A stretch of 45,647 nt of DNA, taken from the NCBI GenBank assembly GCA_026025795.1, contig JAPEUG010000002.1, forward strand, positions 124,001 through 169,647. The letters are read 5' to 3'. A program made the position numbers and the translations under genes. The DNA is from Thelocarpon superellum. Its lineage: Eukaryota. Below the pieces are notes generated by a model. That model was given only the letters and a program-made list of their open reading frames with translations. It was not told the origin of the DNA and ran no database searches. Shown here in pieces: positions 9,148 to 18,966 of the stretch (its first letter is position 1; every line of letters begins with the position of its first letter).

Positions 9148-11931
9148 ATGACCTTCCCTTTCGTACCTGCAGTGGGCGACATCCGCCAACTCGTCCGAAC
9201 AGACCAGCTCTATCGCCCCTCTCTGTCCTATCTTCAATATCTAGGAAGTGTCTTTGCCGCCGTGACTACTGATGAGGTTGCGGATACCTTGGGGTCGGTC
9301 GAAGCACTCCGGAAGAGCTTTGGGGCACGCTTGAATGTCCTACTCGATGTCACCGCCCTCAGCGAGACTGGACAAGTTGTCCAGATATTGGACGTTGGAG
9401 TATCCAAAGCAATAGTGTCAAAGACGCAGCTAAGAGAGCTCCAAGACCATGCTAACATCGCCTCGGATCGACTCGTGCTTCGCGTCTTGGAAGCAGACCT
9501 CCACACCACGTCAACGATCACCGGCGAGACCACCGGCGGCTATCACGTTCCCAACCTGAGCGAGCCCATCTCTGTGGCCGAATGGATTCGGAAGAATGGC
9601 CACGGTCCTCTATATGTCTCCCTACCCCAGGAGGGATTGACGTCACCTGTCGAGACGTATACCGCCCTCCTGGCGGCAACTGCAATCCCTGTCATTCCGG
9701 CCTCTATACTGAGCGTGACCAAGGCGAAGGGTGCTGAAGAACTCCCCATCTCGTCGTTCTTACCCATTCGCTCGGACCGACCAGACGGTCTCTTTCCAAC
9801 CTTGGTGGCCGACGAGAGAGGCGTCGCCTTGGGTCTGGTCTATAGTACGAATGAGAGCATCCAAGAGAGCCTTCGTACCGGCCGTGGGGTCTATCACAGT
9901 CGGCACCGGGGGCTTTGGTACAAGGGGGAGAGCAGTGGTGACATCCAGGAACTGGTGAAGCTCGAGCTCGACTGTGATGCCGATTGTTTGAAGTTCACCG
10001 TCCGGCAAAGGGGCCGAGGTGAGACGACGCGGACCAAGACTTCATGAGCAGGCTGATAGAGACATCCCAGGCTTCTGCCACTTGGCTACGGCAACATGCT
10101 TCGGAGACTACCAGGGGCTGTCACGTCTGGAGAAAACCTTGCAGTCCCGCAAGTCTTCGGCTCCGACCGGCTCCTACACGGCGCGACTGTTTTCATCTCC
10201 CGAGCTTCTCCACGCGAAGATCATGGAAGAGGCGGAAGAATTGTGTAGTGCTAAAACACGCGAAGACGTGGCCTTTGAGGCAGCCGACCTGCTCTACTTT
10301 GCTCTCAGCAAATGTGTCAGCACAGGGGTGACGCTGGAAGAGGTGGAGCGGAATCTGGATAATAAGAGCCTCAAAGTCAGTCGAAGGAAGGGAGATGCAA
10401 AAGGTCCATGGGCGAAGACAGAGGGCCTGGCCAATGGAAGTGCAAGGAAAGAGGCCAAGAAAGAGCCCAAAGAAGCAACATCAACACCTGCAACCAAGGG
10501 GGCGCCTTCAGACGAGGGGAAGGAGAGAATTCGCATGACCCGATATGTTACGTCGAGCACAACGACGGCAGTCGTCCATGAAGCGTTACAGCGACCATCG
10601 CAACGATCGACAGACGCAATCATGGACATCGTCAAGCCTATAATTAAGGCCATCCAAGAACGAGGCGATGCAGCATTGCTTGAATACACGCACAAGTTCG
10701 AGAACGCCACATCGCTCACGTCACCCGTTATTCGGGCTCCCTTCCCTGCCAGCTTGATGCAGATCTCTGACGAGACGAAAGACGCCATCGACGTGAGCTT
10801 CGAGAACATCCGCAAGTTTCACGCAGCACAAAAGGAGACCAAGCCCCTGGTGGTGGAGACCATGCCAGGGGTGTCGTGTTCACGCTTCGCTCGGCCCATT
10901 GAACGAGTCGGGCTCTATGTGCCCGGCGGTACGGCCGTCCTCCCATCGACGGCCCTCATGCTGGGGGTGCCAGCCCAAGTAGCCGGGTGCCAAAAGATCG
11001 TCATGGCGTCTCCGCCCCGGGCCGACGGATCCATCACACCGGAAATTGTGTATGTCGCGCACAAGGTTGGCGCAGAAAGCATCGTCCTCGCCGGTGGGGC
11101 GCAAGCGGTGGCCGCGATGGCGTATGGGACGGAGAGCGTGAGCAAGGTGGATAAGATCCTGGGGCCCGGAAATCAATTCGTCACGGCGGGCAAGATGGTG
11201 GTGTCAAACGACACCAGCGCGGGGGTCAGCATCGACATGCCCGCCGGACCCAGCGAAGTCATGGTCATCGCGGACGCCACGGCCCGGCCGGCGTTCGTGG
11301 CGTCGGACCTGCTCAGCCAGGCGGAACACGGCGTCGACTCGCAGGTGGTGCTGATCGCGGTGGACCTGACGGAAGCGCAACTGGCGGCCATCGAAGACGA
11401 GCTCGACCGACAGGCGAACGCCCTCCCGCGCGTCGACATTGTCCGCGGCGCCATCAAGCACTCGGTGACGCTGGTCGTCACGGATATTGACGAGGCGATG
11501 CGACTCAGCAACGCGTACGCGCCCGAGCATCTGATCCTACAGGTGGCTCAGGCGGCGGAGGTACTCCACATGGTGGAGAATGCTGGGAGCGTATTTGTCG
11601 GCCCGTGGACTCCTGAGAGCGTAGGGGATTATTCGGCCGGAGTGAACCATTCGTTGCGTGAGTTCTTTCCCCTCCTCTCTCCTCCCGTCTCTCAACTGAC
11701 GAGCGAGAAGCAACATATGGATACGCACGACAATACAGCGGCGTGAATCTCGCTAGCTACATCAAGCACATCACAAGCTCGACGCTGACGGAGGAGGGAC
11801 TACGCAACGTCGGGGGCGCCGTTATGCAGCTGGCGCGCGTCGAGGAGCTGGAGGCTCACCGGAGGGCGGTGGATGTTCGATTAAGGTTTTTGGACGCTGC
11901 CGGTGCTACCGAGACGGCGGGAAGGGAGTAG
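9148..11931 (+). CDS. HIS4: Trifunctional histidine biosynthesis protein (PR-AMP cyclohydrolase / PR-ATP pyrophosphatase / histidinol dehydrogenase), 3 exons
   Basis: Exons 9148-10018, 10071-11657, 11711-11931. HisI motif LWYKGESSG...DCDADCL...GFCHL; HisE motif KIMEEAEEL...EAADLLY; HisD motifs GLYVPGGTAVLPST, DMPAGPSE, QAEHG, YAPEHL, GDYSAGVNHSLPTYG (spans intron 2), EELEAHRRAV. Orthologue of Neurospora his-3. Confidence 0.97.
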
Positions 11932-12054
11932 GGGGAAGGGGGAGAAGGACAGAGAAGGAGGAGATGGTGGTGAGTGATGCGTCCTAGGTGCTTGCTTCTA
12001 TAGAGATGGAACTAGACGAAGAAATGGGAAGACAGAGCTAGAATACAGTACCCG

Positions 12055-12159
12055 TTCTTTCTTTCTTTCTTGCTTCCTTCCTTCCTTCTTTCCTTCTTTC
12101 CTTCTCTCACGCTTCCACCGCCCTCGTACTTCCTTCATCTCCTCCTACTCCCACTTTCC
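12055..12159 (+). repeat. Polypyrimidine (CTTT/CTTC) low-complexity tract in the MAS1 3' region
   Basis: ttcttt ctttctttct tgcttccttc cttccttctt tccttctttc... read directly from the sequence. Confidence 0.8.
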
Positions 12160-13779
12160 CTAGGCATTCCGACTCATATCGTTCCGAATGCGGTTGTAGT
12201 CCAACAAGCCCTCGATACTGCCAACAGCCGAGACGGCGACGTCCTGGTCCCAGAGCTTACGGCGGGCGAAATCCATGACGTCCTTTTCCGAGATGGCGCC
12301 GACCACGCGCTCGACTTCCTCGGGCGACATGCGGCGGCCCGTCGTGACAATCTGTCGCCCGATATCCTCCGCCACGGCTGTCGTGCCGTCGAGCGACAGC
12401 AGAATCGACGCTTTCAGTTGCGCCTTGGCTCGCTCGACCTCTGCCTCGGTCACGTTGTACGAGAGTCGTGACCATTCGCGAAGCGTGAAGTGGACGAGGT
12501 CGTCGATCCGTGTTATGTTGTCCGTTACGAGGTAGATCCCCCAGAGGCTGTGTGGACGGTCAGTAGGATGATGGGAGGGGAGGATGAGGAGAAGGAGCAG
12601 GGGGGATGCTCACCCAGTGTCGCTGTAGCTGGTCGAGAAACTCATGAAGCTGTTGGCGAGTCCATTCTTGTGTACGAATCCACTGAGTTTGCTGCCCAGG
12701 TGAGGCGCGTTGCCCATGGCGCGGTCCCAGTTGCCGACGATGGCTTGCGTCACAAGCGCGGTAAAGTAGTCGTCGTCGTTCCAGCTGACGCCCTCGACGG
12801 CAATGGCGATGTTGGCCGTGGGGATGGTGTCGTCGCGCACCCGCACCTCGGAACCGACAAAATCCGGTCGTCGCTTTTGTGCGGCCACGGCGGCGCTTGA
12901 GCCTGAGGTCAGCGGCTCGGTGGGCAGGGCGGAGAAATGCTGCTCGGCGAGCTTGACTAGCTGATCATGCGGCACGCCGCCAGCTCCCACCAGCACCATC
13001 CGGTCCGCCGTGTAGTTTGTCTTGATGTAGCCCTCGAGGTCATCCCGTTGGATGCTCAAGATGTTTTCTTTGGGTCCGAGGATGGTGCGTCCGAGGGGTT
13101 GGCCTTGGAAGGCCGTGGCGTGGAGGTGATCAAACACCACCTCCTCGAGTTGCTTGTCGACTTCCTCTTGTTCGCGCAGGATCACGTCTCGTTCCCGCTC
13201 AATGGCCGACGGCTCCAGCTTGGAGTGTTGGAGAATGTCGGACAGGATGTTGACCGCGGCCGGCACGTCCGAATTGAAGGATTTGGCGTAGTAGACGGTG
13301 TTCTCGCGCGACGTGTACGCATTGAGGTGGCCGCCCATGTTCTCAATCTCCAACTCGAGTTGGTGTTGACTGCGGTTCTTCGTGCCCTGCTCTTCGTCAG
13401 AGCTTGTCATCGTCAACTGGATCCGCGTCGAGAACGCACCTTGAATGCCAGATGTTCCAGGAAGTGTGCCGTGCCGTTGGTCTTGTCCGTCTCTGCTCGA
13501 CTTCCGGCATCAATCCATACGCCAACTGTCGACGTTTGGGCCCATGGCGAATGCTCGGTCGCAATCTGTTGGATGCGCATCAGCAGTGTTCATGGACTCG
13601 CAGAGGTGGGCGGCCGGTCTCACGGTGAAGCCATTGGATAACGTGGTACTCTCCGTCTTCACGCCCGAGGCGACGTTGACCGGTGTCGCAAAGCCTCTCT
13701 TCACAGGTTGAATGCTATTAAGGGCAGCGCGACTCCGCAATGCCTGGTTCAGGTTTAGAGCCAGTCGCCGTGATGCCAT
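12160..13779 (-). CDS. MAS1: Mitochondrial processing peptidase beta subunit (doubles as cytochrome bc1 core protein I in Neurospora-type fungi), 4 exons
   Basis: Exons 13779-13624, 13565-13440, 13386-12614, 12547-12160, all GT-AG. Presequence-like [18 protein letters not shown]16 zinc motif [55 protein letters not shown]. Confidence 0.96.
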
Positions 13780-14144
13780 GACGGATGGTGGTGCAGCGAT
13801 GGAGGTGATTTTGGCGGTCGTCGAATGGCGACTTTCGACCGCTTGGCGGTTCCGGTTGACGCCGATATTCCTCGATTCTTCGTTCGCCAGGCCGACGGCA
13901 CGAGTACGAGGACAAACCCCAGTACAACTGAGTACGCATGCATGCACCAGTGTAGTTTGCATCACGCGTCCGCCGGGGTCTCAACCGCACCGGCCAATCG
14001 GATTACGCAAAAGAACCCCCTCTGCCGACGGCACCACTTTTGCTGGTCATCGTTGGACTTGATCGCTGCTTTCATTGCATCACAGCTCCACTTCGGTGCG
14101 TCGCCTCCTCTTCTCCACTCCGGCTCTCGGTACACAGAACAACC
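13780..14144. promoter_or_regulatory. Compact bidirectional promoter region MAS1/SDH4 with CCAAT box
   Basis: 365 bp between divergent ATGs; CCAATC at 13994-13999 followed by bZIP-like TTACGCAA at 14003-14010. Confidence 0.55.
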
Positions 14145-14955
14145 ATGGCCTCCATGGCACGTCCGATGCTGCTTCGGCGGGTCTGTCTCGCCGCCCCTCC
14201 TGCCCGCTCCTTCTCCACCCATCCTCCGACGGCCCTCAAGCCGTGTACGGCATCTTCGCCTCCACGGCCATTGTCCTTCCCGCGCCAAAGCAACTTCTTG
14301 TTACGAGACCTTGCGGCTGGATCGACCAGGGTAGCCGCCTTTCACGCGAGCCAGAAGCAATCGATTCTCCCCGTTGGACCTCGTGAGTACCTCGCTTCGA
14401 CCACGCGAGCCGGCTAACGTCCTGGGAGAACACATTGAAGGCACCGGTATGAATGATCTTGCTCGCATTGGAGCCGCCTATGTGGGACTGACTGCTGTAG
14501 TGAATGATCCTGCTCCTGTGCCGTCGCCGTCGCCGACTCACGGTAGCTATCATTGGACCTTTGACAGGTACGATGGGCGGACATCGATCACGGTCCTCCC
14601 ACTGATCCCGAACAGACTGATCTCCGTGGCCTTGGTGCCGCTGACGATCGCCCCGTTCGCTGCCGGATCCCTAAATCCGGTAACGGATGCTCTATTATGT
14701 GCCACACTTTTGATCCATTCGCACATTGGATTCGAGTGCGTTTGACCCCCATACGCTTCCGCCCGCAGCACTAACGTAGTTCCATCCAGATCCTACGTGA
14801 TTGATTACATCCCAAAGCGGCGATATCCCACGACACGCGCGATCTTCTGGTGGGGTCTCCGCGGCGCCACGCTTCTCGTGGCCGTGGGCTTATATGAGTT
14901 TGAGACGAACGATGTCGGGCTGACCGAGGCAATCAAGCGGGTGTGGACAGCGTGA
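14145..14955 (+). CDS. SDH4: Succinate dehydrogenase cytochrome b small (membrane anchor) subunit, 5 exons
   Basis: Exons 14145-14382, 14429-14446, 14501-14567, 14616-14735, 14790-14955. Spliced protein has VAAFHASQKQSILP...GTVNDPAPVPSPSPTHGSYHWTFDRL, HSHIGFESYVIDYIP and GLYEFETNDVGLTEAIKRVWTA*, typical of CybS. Confidence 0.93.
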
Positions 14956-15101
14956 ATGAGATGATGCGCATGGTAGATGTACGAAGTACGTATGTGCAGG
15001 GTATCAATGTATTGTTCGCCGTTGGGTCACAAGTCTACCATGGCTGCATTCTATCTCATCAACCATCAATGATCATGGACGGCAACAACAGAAACGAAGA
15101 C

Positions 15102-15908
15102 CTATTTCTTCCTCTCTCTAATCTTCCACTTGACGCCATGCTTGTTTGTGCCCCCGACGCTGGGCGCACGAGTCATCTTGGCCCGCTGCAGATCGAGCTC
15201 TCGTTCTGCCGCCTCGATATCTTTCTGCCGCGTCTGCGCGGCCAGGAGTCGGTGCCGGGCTCGCTCCGCCCTGTCATCTGCACCCGCGTCTGCATCTGTG
15301 TCCGTCTTGCCATGTTCATCTGCCTCATCCCCATTCCCCCGCCACTCTTCACTGACACCCGACGCGTGCCTGTCCTTCTCCCGAGCGTACGCCTTCTGCT
15401 GGACCGCATCATCGACAAACACCACGTGACGGCCCTTGCCTTGCACCTCGGCCCCATCCTTCCCGAGCACGACACCGCCCTCCAGCTTCTCCGTCTCTTT
15501 GCGCGCCTTCATCGCCATCGTCCGCAGGTATCCCATGTCTTGCGTCTTCAGCAAACGCACGCTATCCTGCGACAGCACGGTATTGCCGCGATCGCCGATG
15601 CGCGTCCCGGACGCCTTGGACGTACGCGATCGCATCATGCCAAAGTAGAATTCGTCCGGATTGCGTTCGCCCGCCTTCTGGCGCAGCGTGCGTAGGCGTG
15701 CCTTTTTGGCGTTGTAGTCTTTGGCGCGCAGCGAGTAGTCCTGCGACCGGAGCGGGCGTTAGTGGGCTATGGAGGTGCGAGAGAAAAGTCGAACGAGGGA
15801 TCCGGCTCCGACCTTGTGCTTCTCCAGAATGCCCCATTTTTCGCGCTCTTTGGGCTGCGCTCGTTCTCGGTGGTTGCGCCGTTGGACGGCATTACGCATG
15901 GATGACAT
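15102..15908 (-). CDS. UTP11: U3 snoRNA-associated protein 11 (SSU processome), 2 exons
   Basis: Exons 15908-15813 and 15740-15102. MSSMRNAVQRRNHRERAQPKEREKWGILEKHK|DYSLRAKDY; RNPDEFYFGM; LLKTQDMGY; C-terminal KWKIRERKK*. Confidence 0.95.
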
Positions 15909-16123
15909 TCTGATATCGAGGGGCGAGGAGAAGAGGGATCAAGGAAAGCGTAAATGTCGTTGAGGGACTGCTAGACGTGGTGGCGAGGCTGCCTGAGTTC
16001 GTATGTGATCATACTTGTACGGGGTCGAGGGTGGCGTGGGAGAGTAGAGAGGCTAGTTGCTGTTGAATGTCATCAGAGAAGAACGGGAAGTGTGGTGCAG
16101 AAGTGAAGTCCGGTGTCCGACGT

Positions 16124-16158
16124 TCCGCCATCCGCCATCCGCCGTCCGCCGTCCGCCG
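16124..16158 (+). repeat. 7-bp tandem repeat (TCCGCCR)x5 in the UTP11/CMC1 divergent region
   Basis: tccgcca tccgcca tccgccg tccgccg tccgccg. Confidence 0.85.
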
Positions 16159-16521
16159 TTCGGCGAGCTTGACCATCCCCGACCGAGCTGGACGGACCTT
16201 CATCGGCGCTAGCGATCGTCGTGGTGAACGACCACCGAGCTAGACCAGCTCCCTCCACTCCCGTTCCCAACGTCTCTATCCCGTATTGTCTATCTAGATC
16301 AATGCCCGAGTCTCGCAACGACGAGAGAGCCTCTCTATGATTGCGAGATCACCTTCTCGTTGGCGTTGATCTGTCATCTCTGGAATTGAAAGGTCCTCGT
16401 CTCAACAAGCTACATCATCCTCTTCCTTCACAAGCCATCATCGGTAAGACCCTGTCATTTTGCCTCGACTGGACTGTGCGAGAAAGAAGCTGCCCCGAGC
16501 ACACCGCTCTCACCCTCCAAT

Positions 16522-17158
16522 ATGGCCACTTCACACGCCCCCACCTCCACCTCCACCTCCACCACGTCGACATCCTCTCCCGGCCCATCCTCGCCATCAT
16601 CATCGTCATCAACCCGACTTCCAATGCCTTCACCAAACCCCCTTCCGCTCTCCGCATCGCAAGAACAGCAGGTACGAGATCTATACTACAAGCGGGTACG
16701 AGGCTACTGCGCTACGGAAATAAAGGGTGTGTCTCTGTCTTGCTCGTCTCTCCTGCGTCTTCTTCCCTATCCGCGCTTTTCCCTCTCTTGACCCTTCACG
16801 ATTGAAGATAACCACCTGAGCCAACTAAGCAGCTAACTTTCATCTCTCGGCCCGTCCAGAATTCGCAAGTTGCGCATTAGGACGTACAATAACAGCGACA
16901 TGGGCATGTCGCACGGAGCGGCTCGCCATGAATTCATGCATGGTGGGGCACGCGACGCAAGAGGAGCAAGATCGCGCGCGCGAGGAATGGTTCGCGACGC
17001 GCCTCGATCGCCAGCGGGCCCGGGAAGAAAGAGAGGCGCAGTTGCGCGAGAAGGAGAAGTTCCATCGCAAGTGGTGGGGCTTACCTACGAAAGAGGAGGG
17101 GGAGGAGAAAGCGGAGGAGAAGGAAGGAGAGGGAAGAGGGGAGAGAAGACCGGGGTGA
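16522..17158 (+). CDS. CMC1: COX assembly mitochondrial protein, twin CX9C (Cmc1 family), 2 exons
   Basis: Exons 16522-16726 and 16860-17158 (intron 16727-16859, GCTAAC branch). NPLPLSASQEQQVRDLYYKRVRGYC-ATEIKEFAS-C and C-RTERLAMNS-C give two CX9C motifs; then EEQDRAREEWF. Confidence 0.85.
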
Positions 17159-17184
17159 TGGGTCCATATCTACGTTTCGTCACT

Positions 17185-17203
17185 GTCGTCATCATCATCA
17201 TCA

Positions 17204-17235
<32 letters not shown>
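17185..17235 (+). repeat. Compound trinucleotide microsatellite (GTC)2(ATC)5(GTC)10
   Basis: Read directly; lies in the CMC1/TAF9 convergent spacer. Confidence 0.95.
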
Positions 17236-17409
17236 TTTCTTGGCGCTGCATGGTAGTGGGTCGTGCATGCTTGCATTGGGCCGGGCGTTTCCACAGCATC
17301 TGCTTCGATCCTTTCCTGGATATCAAAATATCATACCTCCCCCTCCCACCGTTTTCCAACGCCTCTATGAGTGATGCAGGAACATGAGTATGTCTGAAAT
17401 GAAGGACTC

Positions 17410-18354
17410 TCACGCATCCGCCATGACCTTGTCGTCGCCTCCATCCTCCCCTCCGCCCTCGTCCTCGCCGAACAGATCTTCCATGCGCGCATCGCCATCT
17501 TCGTTCTCGCCCTCGCCCTCCTCGTCCGCCTCATCCTCCTCTCCGTCGCCCATTTCCCTCCGCGCCGCTGCAGCGGCGTCGTCTCCCATCTCGTCGTCCT
17601 CGTCGTCCACTTCAACCTCACTCTCCCACTCCTCGCGCACTCCCCACCCGACGCCCGTCAGGCAGAAGCGCTCGGGCGGTAAGCGCACGCCGACCTCCTT
17701 CGCCGCCGTCGGCAGGGCCACGCGGTTCCGCTCCGACGCAAGCTCCATGAGGTATTCCTTGGGCAGGCCCGGATTAAACTGGTAACTCAGGCGCGACGCA
17801 ACGGCCAGTCGAAGCGCCGCGAGCCCCACGCTCCCTCCGTCCGCAAGCCCCGCGGCGGCTGCGGCCGCGGCTGCCGCGGCGGCTTTATCGGCGGCTTTCC
17901 CGGTCCCTGTTCCGCTGGTGGTGCTCGTGGCGTAGCCCTCGGCCGAGAGATGTTGGGCGTCTTGCAGCGTGGACGAGGTGTAGCGATAGGCAAAGTCGAG
18001 GAGCTGCAGCGGCACGCGCTCCTGGTATGCCGTGATGCCGAGCGAGGCCAGGATCATGTGGATCAGGCGGGCGTCGCGCGGCCGTTTGGACAGCCCCGAG
18101 TCCGTCAGGGATGTGGGGGGCACGGCGGCGCCGTGGATGGAGAGGTTCGAGGAGGTCGCCGAGGCAGCGTGCCCGTTGGCTCCCGCGCCGTTGGCCGCGC
18201 CTCCCTCGCCGGTCGCGGGCGTGGGCTGCGTGGAGCCCATGGTGGGCTGTGAGGCGCCGAGAGGGGTGGACGTCGGTTTGGTCGCCGATTGTGAGGCCGA
18301 TGCCGTGCCGCGAGGCGGCGTCTGCGTGGCCAGTCCGGCGTCGTTGTCGGCCAT
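17410..18354 (-). CDS. TAF9: TFIID/SAGA subunit TAF9 (histone fold)
   Basis: Intronless. KRPRDARLIHMILASLGITAYQERVPLQLLDFAYRYTSSTLQDA...PKEYLMELASERNRVALP...GVRLPPERFCLTG; acidic tail. First ATG is at 18354 (the ORF track start at 18387 is GTG). Confidence 0.95.
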   Translation of the reverse strand: MADNDAGLATQTPPRGTASASQSATKPTSTPLGASQPTMGSTQPTPATGEGGAANGAGANGHAASATSSNLSIHGAAVPPTSLTDSGLSKRPRDARLIHMILASLGITAYQERVPLQLLDFAYRYTSSTLQDAQHLSAEGYATSTTSGTGTGKAADKAAAAAAAAAAAGLADGGSVGLAALRLAVASRLSYQFNPGLPKEYLMELASERNRVALPTAAKEVGVRLPPERFCLTGVGWGVREEWESEVEVDDEDDEMGDDAAAAARREMGDGEEDEADEEGEGENEDGDARMEDLFGEDEGGGEDGGDDKVMADA

Positions 18355-18966
18355 TGGCTTGTCGGACGTGCCGTTGGGCGCGCACACGCTGGGGTGAAAC
18401 TTCTGATGGTGGCGGTGGTGCTTGTGGTGCGCATGGAGGAATGATTGTGATGGTCGAGAGCGAGGGAAGTGAGATGGGTGACCCTCAACCGTAGCTCAAC
18501 CCTGCGCCCGGGACTTCGATCTCTGTCTCGCTTGAGTCGTTCTTCACTAACATAGCGAATCGCCAACTGTAGCTGTTCGTATTGTTCGAAGTCGCCCCGT
18601 AAGAATGCGTACGAGGAACTTGCTGCAGAGGCTCGCTTGGAGTTGGCGCCTTAAGCTAAGCTACGGTGGAAGACTACTGGAGGTCCAACTGAGCACACTG
18701 AAGGATCCGATGCTACCAGCAACCCCTACAAGACTCAAAACTTCGTCTGCTCACGGATGCCCGGGAGGTACTTCGTTCATCGGCAGTCAAGAGTCTATCC
18801 TCTACCCCTCTTCGTGCTCCTCGTATTTGATACCTATTCATGCTCCTTTCGCTCGGAAAAAGACAGACGCCACGCCCAATGCCCCGTCGGTTCCCTGTAG
18901 AATCAACGCCATTTCATGCCACGACATGCCGCTGGATGCGCGACACAATTCTTCCCCGCGACCGCG

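Noticed and set aside
18485..18530. tRNA-like words GTAGCTCAA and GGACTTCGATC
   Set aside because: Spacing and stems do not form a cloverleaf; no acceptor stem.
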